From Promethearchaeota archaeon Loki_b31 (GTDB taxonomy: Archaea > Asgardarchaeota > Lokiarchaeia > Sigyniarchaeales > SOKP01), in assembly GCA_005222975.1 (NCBI GenBank), contig NJBI01000004.1, positions 66,179 through 130,178 on the forward strand: a stretch of 64,000 nt of DNA, in the 5' to 3' direction. The notes beneath the pieces were generated by a model, which worked only from the letters and a program-made list of their open reading frames with translations, searched no databases and was not told the DNA's origin. The translations under genes and the position numbers were made by a program. Within the stretch, counting starts at the first letter, position 1, and each line of letters opens with the position of its first letter. Below are positions 21,418 through 31,716 of the stretch, piece after piece.

Positions 21418-22209
21418 TTAAATACCGATATCCCACTTTAGAAAAGAATACGGAATGAATTTTTCTTGTTCTACTTCGGCTACTACGTATCCCTTTTTCA
21501 TAGAGTTATCTCCCTTTAAATACGCAGCTCCTAATACTCTTTCCACCTCTATTTCGCCCCAAGGATCGCTCTCAGATGACCTTAATGTAATTTCTGCGTT
21601 CCCCAGTTTTAATTCCTTAGGTCTTAATGGAACCTCTTCTCTTATTAACCGCGGGTTGTAATCAAAACCCTTACCATCTGGAGAAGGAAAATGCTTAAAA
21701 TTATATGTTACTGACACAATTTCAGAGCCATCACCAATTGTGCCCGTAAAAAGCTCCATAGCATCAGGTGCATTTAATCTACCGTTCAGTTTTGCCTTAA
21801 CTTCGTAATATCGCGTTCCTTGGCGCTCTATCCATCCTTCAACGATTCTCTTTTCACGTTTAAAATAGATATCTGCCATTTTTTTTGGATATCCAAATAC
21901 CTCTCGACCAGCGACTAACGCTTGGTCGTCTGTAACCGGCATTGATAGACAATAACCTCCTTCTACACCGTCAAATTCTGCACTTAGAAAAAGAGCGCCT
22001 TCGTTATATGTCACTCCGAAATTTGTTTTAGGATAATAAGCGACAAACGCGTAGGCAATTGGAGTGTCCGTAGGTTTTAACGGAGGCGGTAGCAACCGTT
22101 TTATTATTTCGGGTTTTGTCTCCCAATACACGACCAGCAGTTCTGCGTCGTAGAAGTCAGCGGTTTCTCTTTTAGTCATAAACCCGCCCGAAGATCTTAA
22201 AAAACTCGT
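21418..22209 (-). CDS. Acetoacetate decarboxylase-like family protein (probable ACG start at 22209; first ATG 22179)
   Basis: LPPPL, YNEGAL, GREVFGYPKK (Schiff-base Lys region). SD GAGGTGA lies 7 nt before ACG. Confidence 0.88.
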   Translation of the reverse strand, partial: TSFLRSSGGFMTKRETADFYDAELLVVYWETKPEIIKRLLPPPLKPTDTPIAYAFVAYYPKTNFGVTYNEGALFLSAEFDGVEGGYCLSMPVTDDQALVAGREVFGYPKKMADIYFKREKRIVEGWIERQGTRYYEVKAKLNGRLNAPDAMELFTGTIGDGSEIVSVTYNFKHFPSPDGKGFDYNPRLIREEVPLRPKELKLGNAEITLRSSESDPWGEIEVERVLGAAYLKGDNSMKKGYVVAEVEQEKFIPYSFLKWDIGI

Positions 22210-22295
22210 TTTATTTTCACCTCAAATTAGATTTTTACTAATATTATTATTAATATTTCAATTTTTAATTTAAAATTACTGGATTGATTATTTAT

Positions 22296-23510
22296 TTATA
22301 ACAATGCTTGATCTATTAGTTCCATTAGATCGACCATCTTAATATTTGAATTTAAAGCGATTATTGCATCTGTTAGATTTCTATAACAAAATGGGCATAT
22401 ACTTATGAGGTAATCTGCGCCAGTCTCCTCAGCTTCCTGAACTCTAGTCTTAGCAATTTCTAATGCTAAATCGGGAAAGCCTTTCTTTACGCCTCCACCA
22501 GCTCCGCAACATTTAGCGTTCTCTTTAATCGTTTTCATCTCGGTTAAATTAGATATTTTTGATAATATCTCTCTTGGTTCTTCGTAAAGCGGTGAAAGGC
22601 CAGAATTTCTTCCTGTATGACAGGGATCGTGATAGGTCGTATTAATTTCTAAATTATTAAGAGTTATATCTTTTTCCTCTAAAAAAGATTTGATATACTC
22701 GATTGTGTGAAACACTCTAATTTCTAAGTCCTCAATAAGGTCAGCGTAATCTACTTTTAAAGTCCTGTAACAACCCGCGCAACTCGTAATTATAGTGTTA
22801 ACGCCACTTTTTTTGAACAACTCGTAGTTTTTCGCAGCCACTGAATTGAATGCTTTCATATCCCCAGTTCTCTTACCTACGCTCCCGCAACATACTTCAT
22901 GTTCTCCAAAAATAGAAAAGTCAACTCCAAGTTTACGAAGTACTTTTGCTGTGTTTATAGCGACTGCTTGAATATCTGGAGTTAGAGCAGCAGTGCACCC
23001 AACAAAATAAAGCACATCCGCTTTTTCAGAATAGGCATTTTTTACCTTAAAATCAAGTTTTTCCCTCCAATTCTTTTTCTCTTTGTTATCTCTCTGATAT
23101 GGATTTAATAATTCAACCATTGCCTGATTCATTGGTATGTGTGCTTCCAGACCACAACCTGCGTCAATTAATTCCGCTCTTAAAGCCTCGTAAATAACTG
23201 TGTTATCCATATCATAGGCACAAGCTTCAGAGCACGCGTTACAAGTTGGACATTGATAAATAACTTCAGCCATATCTTTGCTTAGCTCTAATTTTCCTTG
23301 CCAAAGAGAGCGAATAATTTGCATTTTTCCCCTTCCAAAGAAAGCTTCAAAGCCAGATGTGTGATCTCTTGCCACGCAAACGCCCCATTTTTGCGGATCT
23401 GAAGTATAATCTGTAGCTTCTCGACAATCTCCACAACTTATACATTGTAAAATTGTCGGGCCAATTTTACTTAAATGCTTAAACTTTTCGTTAGGATTTA
23501 TTTCAGTCAT
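22296..23510 (-). CDS. Fe-S oxidoreductase with ferredoxin-type and two CCG domains (GlcF/HdrD-like)
   Basis: CISCGDC, CPTCNACSEAC, YFVGC, EVCCG, SCAGC, YHDPCH, CCGAGGG, CPFC. Confidence 0.92.
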   Translation of the reverse strand: MTEINPNEKFKHLSKIGPTILQCISCGDCREATDYTSDPQKWGVCVARDHTSGFEAFFGRGKMQIIRSLWQGKLELSKDMAEVIYQCPTCNACSEACAYDMDNTVIYEALRAELIDAGCGLEAHIPMNQAMVELLNPYQRDNKEKKNWREKLDFKVKNAYSEKADVLYFVGCTAALTPDIQAVAINTAKVLRKLGVDFSIFGEHEVCCGSVGKRTGDMKAFNSVAAKNYELFKKSGVNTIITSCAGCYRTLKVDYADLIEDLEIRVFHTIEYIKSFLEEKDITLNNLEINTTYHDPCHTGRNSGLSPLYEEPREILSKISNLTEMKTIKENAKCCGAGGGVKKGFPDLALEIAKTRVQEAEETGADYLISICPFCYRNLTDAIIALNSNIKMVDLMELIDQALL

Positions 23511-23521
23511 CTTATTTCCAT

Positions 23522-25057
23522 CTACTCTTCATTTTTAATAATATTTTCTGTTATATCACTATCGTAACTATACATATGAAATTTATTTGGAGACAATAAA
23601 AAATCAGGGTCTACAACCCTTTTCATATCTTTAAAAAATTGTAAAAATTCGGGAGTATAAGCGTTGGCTTCTACTATTGACTGAGAGATTGATTCTCCTA
23701 ACCAATAATGTACACCCCCATACCGAACTTGATACCTTACCTTTTTATGCCATATATCCATAGCGACTTGACGTTGATCATCTACATTTTCGGCATTAAA
23801 ACCACCAGCAAAAATACAATGACCATTAGGTAATAGATGGATTGATCTAGCGAATAATGAAAAACTTTGAGCCGGGAAATTACCTCTATTTTCGTTATCA
23901 AACCCCTCGTTTAACTCTTTCTTATCTGCTATGGACGAAATTAGTATTTTATGACAAGTTGTACAGGATATTTTAGGAGGCGCTAAGGAGATAAATTTGT
24001 TGAAATAGCTATAAGGAAATTTAAAATCAAACTTCCAGTCCTTAGCTAATTTTAGATCTAGATCAATTTCTGTCCATTCAAAAGGTCTTGCAACATTATC
24101 TTTAATCATTATTCTATTTACTTGTTCAATATAGACGTCCAAAATTCGCTCGTCAAACGCTTCAAGTATAAACATAAAAACAGGTCCACTAAGTCTAGCT
24201 CTTTTTGGGGGTCGAATTTTAGCTTGGGAAGCTAAGAGTTGTACTACTACGCGTGGGTTTATATAAAGATCGTGTATTCCGTCTTTAACTTCTTTTTGTA
24301 GTTTATACATTAATTCAAAAACTTTATTATAATCATCTTTTTTAAGAATGTAATTTTTCTGTATCTTATAAGGCGAATTAGGGAATAACCTTAAAGAACA
24401 TTTAGTTTTAATGCCCATAGTTCCTGCATCTCCCATAAATAGCCCCGTAAAATCGGGAGCAACGCCGTACCTACAAAAAGGTTTTGCGTACTTATTAGCT
24501 GCAGCTCCAGTCCAAATTATCGTTCCTTGCGGATTTGGCAATACTACCTCAACACCTAAGCAAATGTTTGGAACTAAACCATATTTAGTGGACCCAAAAC
24601 CAGCGGTGCTGTTAGAAAGACCTCCTCCAATTGTGGCTGAAAATCCACTTCCGGGACCAAGAACACCTGTCGTTAAATCTTTTTTGTATAGTTCTGATAA
24701 TAAAGCCCCCCAGGTTACTCCACATTCTACTTCACAATAGAAATCCTTTTCATTTATTTCAATAATTTTATTCATTCGCGTAAGATCAATAAGGATTCCC
24801 CCTTCAATTGTCGCGCCTCCAACTAAATCGGCCCCTCCTCCTCGCGGTACTATAGGTATTTTATAATTATTAGCAATTTTTACAATATCTGAAACTTCTT
24901 CCGTAGTCTCTGGACGTACTATGATATCAGCCCATCTATCAGGAAAGGCAGGATCAACGTTTCTAGAATAGGCAGCTTTCATGAAATCTTTATCGGAGAT
25001 ATATTCTGTTCCAACCGCTATTTCAATTTCTTTGTATACCTTATCAATTTTGGACAT
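23522..25057 (-). CDS. FAD-linked oxidase, VAO/PCMH family (GlcD/D-lactate dehydrogenase-like), copy B
   Basis: IVRPETTEEV, PRGGGADLVGG, ATIGG, GDAGTMGI, VDPDFLLSP. Confidence 0.9.
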   Translation of the reverse strand: MSKIDKVYKEIEIAVGTEYISDKDFMKAAYSRNVDPAFPDRWADIIVRPETTEEVSDIVKIANNYKIPIVPRGGGADLVGGATIEGGILIDLTRMNKIIEINEKDFYCEVECGVTWGALLSELYKKDLTTGVLGPGSGFSATIGGGLSNSTAGFGSTKYGLVPNICLGVEVVLPNPQGTIIWTGAAANKYAKPFCRYGVAPDFTGLFMGDAGTMGIKTKCSLRLFPNSPYKIQKNYILKKDDYNKVFELMYKLQKEVKDGIHDLYINPRVVVQLLASQAKIRPPKRARLSGPVFMFILEAFDERILDVYIEQVNRIMIKDNVARPFEWTEIDLDLKLAKDWKFDFKFPYSYFNKFISLAPPKISCTTCHKILISSIADKKELNEGFDNENRGNFPAQSFSLFARSIHLLPNGHCIFAGGFNAENVDDQRQVAMDIWHKKVRYQVRYGGVHYWLGESISQSIVEANAYTPEFLQFFKDMKRVVDPDFLLSPNKFHMYSYDSDITENIIKNEE

Positions 25058-25093
25058 GATTCAATATTAACATATAATAGATTTGTAATATAA

Positions 25094-25894
25094 TTAATAC
25101 CAATCCCATTTGAGAAACGAATAGGGTAAAAAATCTCTTTGATCTACCTTAGCAACAACCTCTCCTGGAAGCATAGTATTGTCTGTTTTAAGATATAACG
25201 CGCCTAGTACCTTTACAACCTCAACTTCAGCCCATGGATCGTGCACAGTTGAGTTTAACTTTATTTCAGCTACACCCATTTCCATCGATATTGGACGAAC
25301 CGAAGTTTCCTGCTTAACTAACCACGGATCGTAATCAAAACCCTTTTTATTAGGTGCTGGAAAGTACTTGAAGTTATAATTAATCGTATTTTTCTTTCTT
25401 CCCGGAAGAAGACCCAACTCTTTTATGATACTTGGTGTTTCGCTATCGTTGAATTTACCGGTTAAATTTGCTTTAATTTCAATATTCTTAACTCCAAGAC
25501 GCTCAGACCAAGCTTCAACATATTTATCCTTTCGATGAAAATGTATTTTAGCTATTTTTTTAGGGAATCCAAAAATCTCCCGACCTCCAATCATCGCGCG
25601 ATCGTCGTCAACGGGCATAGCTAAGTAATAATTTCCTTGTAAGCCATTATATTCACATCTTAACGTCAAAGCACCTTCAAGATACGGTAATCCTTGATTG
25701 GTACTAGCGTAATTTGCTATAAATGACATAACTACTGGTCTACTAACAGGCTTTAAAGGAGGTGGTAAAATCTTTTCGACTATCTCAGGTTTAGTCTCCC
25801 ATAAAACGGTTATCATTTCAGCACTTTTAAATTCGGTCGTCCTTAACCTTTCTTTTCTCTCTTCTATCTCTTTTATTGAACGCTTAAAACTAAT
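25094..25894 (-). CDS. Acetoacetate decarboxylase-like family protein, copy A (probable ATT start at 25894; first ATG 25816)
   Basis: LPPPL, YLEGAL, GREIFGFPKK. The N-terminal extension aligns with the paralog. SD AAGGTGA lies 6 nt before ATT. Confidence 0.88.
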   Translation of the reverse strand: MSFKRSIKEIEERKERLRTTEFKSAEMITVLWETKPEIVEKILPPPLKPVSRPVVMSFIANYASTNQGLPYLEGALTLRCEYNGLQGNYYLAMPVDDDRAMIGGREIFGFPKKIAKIHFHRKDKYVEAWSERLGVKNIEIKANLTGKFNDSETPSIIKELGLLPGRKKNTINYNFKYFPAPNKKGFDYDPWLVKQETSVRPISMEMGVAEIKLNSTVHDPWAEVEVVKVLGALYLKTDNTMLPGEVVAKVDQRDFLPYSFLKWDWY

Positions 25895-25895
25895 T

Positions 25896-27434
25896 TTAAA
25901 TCACCTTATTTTCCTCTTTTACAAAATGTTCTGATGGATCGTGATCATAACTGTACATGTGAAACTTTTTAGGACTTAGCAAGTAATTTGGATCTACAGT
26001 TTTTTTCATATCTTTGAAAAATTGAATAAATTCACGCGTATAGGCATTAGCCTCAACAATAGATTGAGAGATTGCTTCTCCAAGCCAATAATGTACGCCT
26101 CCATATCGAACTTGAAGGCGTAGCTTTTTGTGCCACATATTCATGGATTTTTCGCGTTGTTCATCTATGTTATCGGCATTGAATCCGCCTACAACTACAC
26201 AATTACCATTAGGTAAAAGAAATATAACCGTTGCAAATAATGCAATACTTTGTGGTGGAAACTCATCCCGGTAGTTAATATCAAATTGATTGCTTAAATT
26301 TGCTACTTTAGGTAAAGCAGAGATTGGAACTTTATGACAAGTGGTACACGATATTTTCGGTGGGTTTACTGATATAAATTTATTAAAGTAGTGATAAGCA
26401 TATTTTAAATTAAATTCCCAATCTTTGGATAGAGGCTCTTCGGGGTCAATTTCTTGCCATTCGAACGGTCGAGCATCGTCTTTCATAAGATTTTCAATTT
26501 GTTCAAGGTAAACATCTAACACCCGCTCATCTGTAGATTCCACTAATATCGAAAAGACCGGTCCTTTTAATCTCGGTCTTTTGACGGGTTTATTTTCCAC
26601 CATACCTGCCAATAATTGAACTACAATAACAGGAATTACAAGTACATCGTGTAATCCGTCGCGTATTTCTTTCCGTAATTTATACATGAGCTCAGAAACT
26701 TTATTATAATCGTTCTTCTTTAACATATAATATCGTTGCGCTTTAAACGGCGTCTCGGGATGCAATCGTAGGAAAGCTTTAGTCTTAATACCCATAGTTC
26801 CTACATCCCCCATAAATAAACCCGTAAAATCGGGAGCCACTCCATATCTACAAAAAGGCTTTGCGTATTTATTAGCCGCCGCTCCTGTCCTAATTATCGT
26901 TCCTTGTGGATTTGGTAAAACTACTTCGACACCTAAACAAATATCAGGAATAACACCGTATTTTGTGGACCCAAAACCTGCAGTACTATTAGAAAGTCCA
27001 CCTCCGATAGTGGCTGAATAGCCACTCCCAGGACCGAGTACTCCTGTTGTTAAACCTTGTTTTTGTAATTCCGAAAGCAACTCACCCCAGGTGATTCCGC
27101 ATTCTACCTCGCAATAGTAATCGTTTTCATTTATTTCAATAATTCTATTCATTCTCGTTAAGTCTATCAGAATTCCACCTTCGCTTACGGACCCCCCTAC
27201 GAGGTCTGCGCCACCACCTCTGGGGATCATTGGAATTTTGTACTTATTAGCGATTTTCACGATATCAGAGACCTCTTCAGTTGATTCTGGCCTAACTATA
27301 ATATCTGCCCATCTATCTGGAAACGCCGGGTCAACATTTCGAGAATATGCCGCTTTCATAAAGTCTTTGTCTGAAATATAATCGGAACCGATTATTCCTT
27401 CTATTTCCTTATACGCATCCTTTACTTTTGACAT
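25896..27434 (-). CDS. FAD-linked oxidase, VAO/PCMH family (GlcD-like), copy A
   Basis: Close paralog of 23522-25057, sharing DKDFMKAAYSRNVDPAFPDRWADIIVRP. The MSKVK start matches the paralog's MSKID. Confidence 0.9.
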   Translation of the reverse strand: MSKVKDAYKEIEGIIGSDYISDKDFMKAAYSRNVDPAFPDRWADIIVRPESTEEVSDIVKIANKYKIPMIPRGGGADLVGGSVSEGGILIDLTRMNRIIEINENDYYCEVECGITWGELLSELQKQGLTTGVLGPGSGYSATIGGGLSNSTAGFGSTKYGVIPDICLGVEVVLPNPQGTIIRTGAAANKYAKPFCRYGVAPDFTGLFMGDVGTMGIKTKAFLRLHPETPFKAQRYYMLKKNDYNKVSELMYKLRKEIRDGLHDVLVIPVIVVQLLAGMVENKPVKRPRLKGPVFSILVESTDERVLDVYLEQIENLMKDDARPFEWQEIDPEEPLSKDWEFNLKYAYHYFNKFISVNPPKISCTTCHKVPISALPKVANLSNQFDINYRDEFPPQSIALFATVIFLLPNGNCVVVGGFNADNIDEQREKSMNMWHKKLRLQVRYGGVHYWLGEAISQSIVEANAYTREFIQFFKDMKKTVDPNYLLSPKKFHMYSYDHDPSEHFVKEENKVI

Positions 27435-27510
27435 TATAATCATAAATTTGTTTGAAAGTAATAATTATAAGATAGAACTTGTGAATTAATAAAAGTATAT
27501 GAAAAAAAGA

Positions 27511-28296
27511 TTATTTTAATTTCTTGACTCGTTTAGCTATTTTCTTTTTAATATCTTCGTAAGATGGCGGGGGTCCCGTTCTAATCTCCTTCCCGTCAAT
27601 AAAAAGTGCATCAGCGATTCCCCACTCCAAAAAAGTTTCCCTATTGAATGTATCTATTTCTGTAAAAATTACTTTATCTCCAAATTCGGAAGCTGCCCTT
27701 TTTGCTCTTTCAAAAACCATATTTTGAGCAGGGCACCAGCCATTTATAAACGCTGTCACTGATACCTTCCCTGGTATTTCTTTGGGCTTTTTCTTCTGCC
27801 TTATCATTTTAGGCGGAATAGCATCGTTGGAAAAAGGTTTCCATAGTAAAACGCTTATACTCTGCTTATCAACTTTAACATATCCTTGCTTTTTAAACCA
27901 AGAGGCTCTCATAAAGACAGGTATAGAAAGCCCCCATGCTACTAATCCTTTCGCACCCTTACTCCTTACATCTTCTTCAGCAGCTTTTATTAAACGCTTA
28001 CCGATTCCTTTCTTCTGGAAGTTCCCAACGCCCTCTTTGTAGCCGTGCACCCAGATACAATTTATAAAGTATAAATTATCGCCTTCTGCTGTTGAATATT
28101 CAAGAGGAACATATTGTATCATTCCTACTACTTTGTCGTCCTCAGTCACAGCAATTTTAACGCCAAGCCCTTTGTCTTTCATTTTGTTATACCAAAGCTC
28201 CTTGTGATCCCCAGCTTCTTTCATCTCGTCGATCCAATCTTCAAGACACATAAAATAAAGTCCGTTATATTTTTCCTCTAAATCAATTATTTTCGT
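27511..28296 (-). CDS. GNAT-family acetyltransferase with a C-terminal thioredoxin-like (YoaP-like) domain (probable ACG start at 28296)
   Basis: VGMIQY, INCIWV, FQKKGIGKRL (acetyl-CoA motif A), WFKKQGY, GWCP. Confidence 0.85.
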   Translation of the reverse strand, partial: TKIIDLEEKYNGLYFMCLEDWIDEMKEAGDHKELWYNKMKDKGLGVKIAVTEDDKVVGMIQYVPLEYSTAEGDNLYFINCIWVHGYKEGVGNFQKKGIGKRLIKAAEEDVRSKGAKGLVAWGLSIPVFMRASWFKKQGYVKVDKQSISVLLWKPFSNDAIPPKMIRQKKKPKEIPGKVSVTAFINGWCPAQNMVFERAKRAASEFGDKVIFTEIDTFNRETFLEWGIADALFIDGKEIRTGPPPSYEDIKKKIAKRVKKLK

Positions 28297-28393
28297 AAAA
28301 CATCACTCTACTAAGTATTGGATTTACTTAAATAAAACTTAATGAATATAAGTACATCTAACAATAAAAATTTATCATATATTAAATAAATCG

Positions 28394-28744
28394 TTACATC
28401 CACGAAGCTATCTTTGGAGTTTGCGCTAAAATATCGACGAGAACATCATATTCAATACATCTTATTCTTGTGTCAACTGAGTCAGGGTCAATCCCCCGCG
28501 CTAAAAGGTCGGGTGTCATCGCAAATACGGCTATGGGCAGATTTAACAATAAATTTAAAGAAGTGGGCATCACTCCCTTTTTAGGAGTTCCTATAACTCC
28601 GTCGTGGATCAAAACAACAGTGATATTTGCATCTTTAGTCTGTTCCTTTACTATATTATATAAATTATTTATGGATGTACTTTTTCTCGTGCTAAATCCA
28701 AAAAGGTACACCAATTTTTTTATCTTTTCCATCTGTACTACCAT
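28394..28744 (-). CDS. DsrH/TusB-family sulfur relay protein
   Basis: VVLIHDGV, DLLARG, IEYDVLVDIL; third gene of a DsrE-F-H-like triplet. Confidence 0.8.
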   Translation of the reverse strand: MVVQMEKIKKLVYLFGFSTRKSTSINNLYNIVKEQTKDANITVVLIHDGVIGTPKKGVMPTSLNLLLNLPIAVFAMTPDLLARGIDPDSVDTRIRCIEYDVLVDILAQTPKIASWM

Positions 28745-28756
28745 AATCCCACCACC

Positions 28757-29125
28757 CTAATATCTATAAAACACATCTGCTTCTAAAATAAACGCTGAAA
28801 TCTCCTTCCAGCTCGCATTTTTTACATTGTCAAAATCTATCAAATCTGAAGGCTCAATACCGGCTATTTCTAAGGCGGAGTCTAACGCGTAAACCTCGAA
28901 GTCAGATAACTCCATCATTCTAAAGATGTTCAAGGGGGTTTCCATGTTAACTTTCTCAGGATCAAAATTCTTACTTAAAAAATAGACCGAATCGCCAATA
29001 AATACAATCTTACACTCGTCTAGATCCCCCACTGCCATAATTCCAGCAGCCATACGGATTGCTTCGAGAGCAGAATTTTTACCTATTGGAGAATCTTCGC
29101 ATAAAATTACAACAGATTTAACCAT
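28757..29125 (-). CDS. DsrF/TusC-family protein
   Basis: SPIGKNSALEAIRMA, VFIGDSVY. ATG 29125 follows the upstream stop. Confidence 0.8.
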   Translation of the reverse strand: MVKSVVILCEDSPIGKNSALEAIRMAAGIMAVGDLDECKIVFIGDSVYFLSKNFDPEKVNMETPLNIFRMMELSDFEVYALDSALEIAGIEPSDLIDFDNVKNASWKEISAFILEADVFYRY

Positions 29126-29129
29126 TAAT

Positions 29130-29498
29130 TTACACCCCTGGACCAAATACTATAACTCTATCTGATTCTGCCATCCACTCAGACAACCCACCTAATCCCA
29201 CTTGACGCGCTTCTTCAATAAAATCATCGGACTTTAGCCCCGTGAAGTTAACCCAGGTACTACAGGCAGATAGATTTAGGCTATTCTTCTTTATGAAATT
29301 CTCAAGGCGTTCGGGTAGATTTCTCATGTTTGAGCTTATATTTATTTCACGCTTGATGTTATACACGCCACTCCCGTAGAAAAAAATACCTAAAATTTGA
29401 TGCCCTTTCTTTAAGATTGCCTCTCCTAAGTTAAGCATCGTATCTATCGCTTCAAATTTATAAGGTTCCGCGCACACAATAAAAGTAAAAACAACCAT
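29130..29498 (-). CDS. DsrE/TusD-family sulfur relay protein
   Basis: EPY, GHQILGIFFYGSGVY, conserved Cys in ACSTW, GLGGL...SDRVIVF. Confidence 0.85.
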   Translation of the reverse strand: MVVFTFIVCAEPYKFEAIDTMLNLGEAILKKGHQILGIFFYGSGVYNIKREINISSNMRNLPERLENFIKKNSLNLSACSTWVNFTGLKSDDFIEEARQVGLGGLSEWMAESDRVIVFGPGV

Positions 29499-29656
29499 AT
29501 TAGCAATATCACATCTTTTTAATATTTTATTATAATGATATTTTTTTAATTTTATCTCCTATTTTAACTTATCAAGAACTTGTATTAATTTTATGTACTT
29601 TTAAATCAAAAATCATCAATTAAAATATACTATATTGAAAGGGTGCTAATTTCTAT

Positions 29657-30574
29657 ATGGATAAAAAAACAAATAAAAACAAATTTTCAAGTCATATATT
29701 CGAATTTCGCTCAGTAGAAAAAAGAAAATTAGTTTTATCGTTAATGATTACGCTAATAGTAATGTTTTTAGAGATTTTTGGAGGTTTAATTACATTTAGC
29801 ATTGCTTTAATTAGTGATGCAGGCCATATGTTTACTCATGCTTTCGCCCTAGGAATAAGTTTATTAGCAATATTTATAGCAAGAAAGCCACCATGCCATC
29901 ATAAGACTTTTGGTTTGTATCGGGCAGAGGTTTTAGCTGCCTTCATTAACGGATTATTCCTCCTTCCTATTGTGGGCTTAATTATTTATGAAGCTATTAT
30001 GCGGTTTTTATTTCCACAAGAGATTATCGGATTATATATGTTTATAATTGCCTTCGTCGGACTAGGTGTAAATATTACTAGCATTATCATACTTTATGGT
30101 AGCCAAAATGCAAACTTAAATATAAAAAGCGTTTTTTATCACATGATTGCAGATGCTGCATCGTCAATAGGTATAGTCGTAGTCGCAATTATAATCACTT
30201 TTACGAGTTGGAACTTTCTTGACCCTCTGGTAAGTATTGGAATTTCCATAGTTATATTATATTGGGCATGGGGCATTCTTAAAGAATCAACTAGGATTCT
30301 ATTAGAAATGGCGCCTAAAGGATTGGATATAAACATTATTGAAGGAGATTTGAAAAATAATTTCAAAGAAGTCTTAAATTTGCAAAATACACACCTATGG
30401 ACAATTACGCCAAACATACGAGTATTTTCTACTCATGTCTTCTTAAAAAATATTGAAAATAAAGTTGATAAAGAAAACCTTGTCTTTGAAATTAACAAAT
30501 TCTTATTCAAGGATTATAATATCATTGAATCTACGATACAAATTGCTCTCAAAGACGAATTCAAGACTTGTTAA
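29657..30574 (+). CDS. czcD: Cation diffusion facilitator (CzcD/ZitB-like) metal exporter
   Basis: ALISDAGHM, TFGLYRAEVLAAFING, HMIAD, DPLVS, HLWTI. Confidence 0.92.
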   Translation: MDKKTNKNKFSSHIFEFRSVEKRKLVLSLMITLIVMFLEIFGGLITFSIALISDAGHMFTHAFALGISLLAIFIARKPPCHHKTFGLYRAEVLAAFINGLFLLPIVGLIIYEAIMRFLFPQEIIGLYMFIIAFVGLGVNITSIIILYGSQNANLNIKSVFYHMIADAASSIGIVVVAIIITFTSWNFLDPLVSIGISIVILYWAWGILKESTRILLEMAPKGLDINIIEGDLKNNFKEVLNLQNTHLWTITPNIRVFSTHVFLKNIENKVDKENLVFEINKFLFKDYNIIESTIQIALKDEFKTC

Positions 30575-30777
30575 ATTGAGTAATATTATTAGATTAAAAA
30601 TTAATATTGTATATTAATATTTTATAAATCAAATTTCCCCCTATAATTAAAATTTCAAGGGATAACTCTTTTTCTTTTATATTAAATAATACTAACTTTT
30701 TTTTCTATAAATTGCCTTGAAATAATTGAATATTAAAAAAATGAAATATTAAAAGATCTTTAAAAGGTTTAATTAAA

Positions 30778-31644
30778 ATGTCTCTTGTTGATTTACTAGT
30801 ACCAATGTTTTTAGGTTTTAGAGAAGGTTTAGAATCTGTTATCATTATAGTTATTATTTTATCCTATCTTAAAAGTACGGACCAACGAAAATATTATAAA
30901 TACGTGTATATCGGAGCTATTTTTGCCGTAATTTCCTGTATTATTTTTTCTATTGTCTTCTCGTTAATATTGGGAGGATTTACAGGAATATTGGAAAAAT
31001 TATTCGAAGGATATACTTTTGTTATTTCTGGAATATTTATTATAACACTCATTTTATGGATAAGTAAAGAGGGTTCTAAGATGAGAGAAACTCTCGATGA
31101 AAAGGTGGAGCAATCCATAACAACCGGAAAGAGTTTTTCAATCTTAATTTTAACCTATGTAGTTATAATTCGCGAAGGAATTGAATTAGTTTTGCTTTTG
31201 GTAGGTGCTACATCGTTAGGAACCTTAGATCAAGGGAGTATAATTATTGGCTCATCAATAGGTATCGGCATTGCAATCATAATTGGGATCCTTATGTTCT
31301 ATGGTATAAGAACTATAAATTTATCAAAATTTTTTAAAATTACCAATGTTGTTCTTATCTTATTTGCTGCCGGATTGATCACATATGGGATTCACGAATT
31401 CATAGAAGCGGGAGCGCTTAACCCTATTATTGAGGAAGTATGGAATATTAAACATATTTTACCAGAAAGCTTTCCAGACACTAATCCGCTCACTCCAGAA
31501 TGGCTTGAAGTTATTGGGGCTCTATTAAAAGCCTTATTTGGTTACAACGCAAATCCTTCGTTATTGGAAATAATTATATATCCAACCCTTATTACAATTA
31601 TTAGCGTAGTTTCAATCGTAATTTGGAAAAAAAATAGTAAATAA
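30778..31644 (+). CDS. FTR1/EfeU-family iron permease
   Basis: Two REGxE motifs (REGLE, REGIE) and LKALFGY. Confidence 0.93.
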   Translation: MSLVDLLVPMFLGFREGLESVIIIVIILSYLKSTDQRKYYKYVYIGAIFAVISCIIFSIVFSLILGGFTGILEKLFEGYTFVISGIFIITLILWISKEGSKMRETLDEKVEQSITTGKSFSILILTYVVIIREGIELVLLLVGATSLGTLDQGSIIIGSSIGIGIAIIIGILMFYGIRTINLSKFFKITNVVLILFAAGLITYGIHEFIEAGALNPIIEEVWNIKHILPESFPDTNPLTPEWLEVIGALLKALFGYNANPSLLEIIIYPTLITIISVVSIVIWKKNSK

Positions 31645-31716
31645 ATTTTTTTTCTATTTTAAAAAATAACATGACAGGATATCTTCTTTCCATTAAAAAT
31701 TTTAATGAATCACTCT

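Noticed and set aside
28394-29498. dsrEFH as evidence of dissimilatory sulfur oxidation
   Set aside because: No dsrAB or dsrC is in the window, and the context points to biosynthetic sulfur relay.
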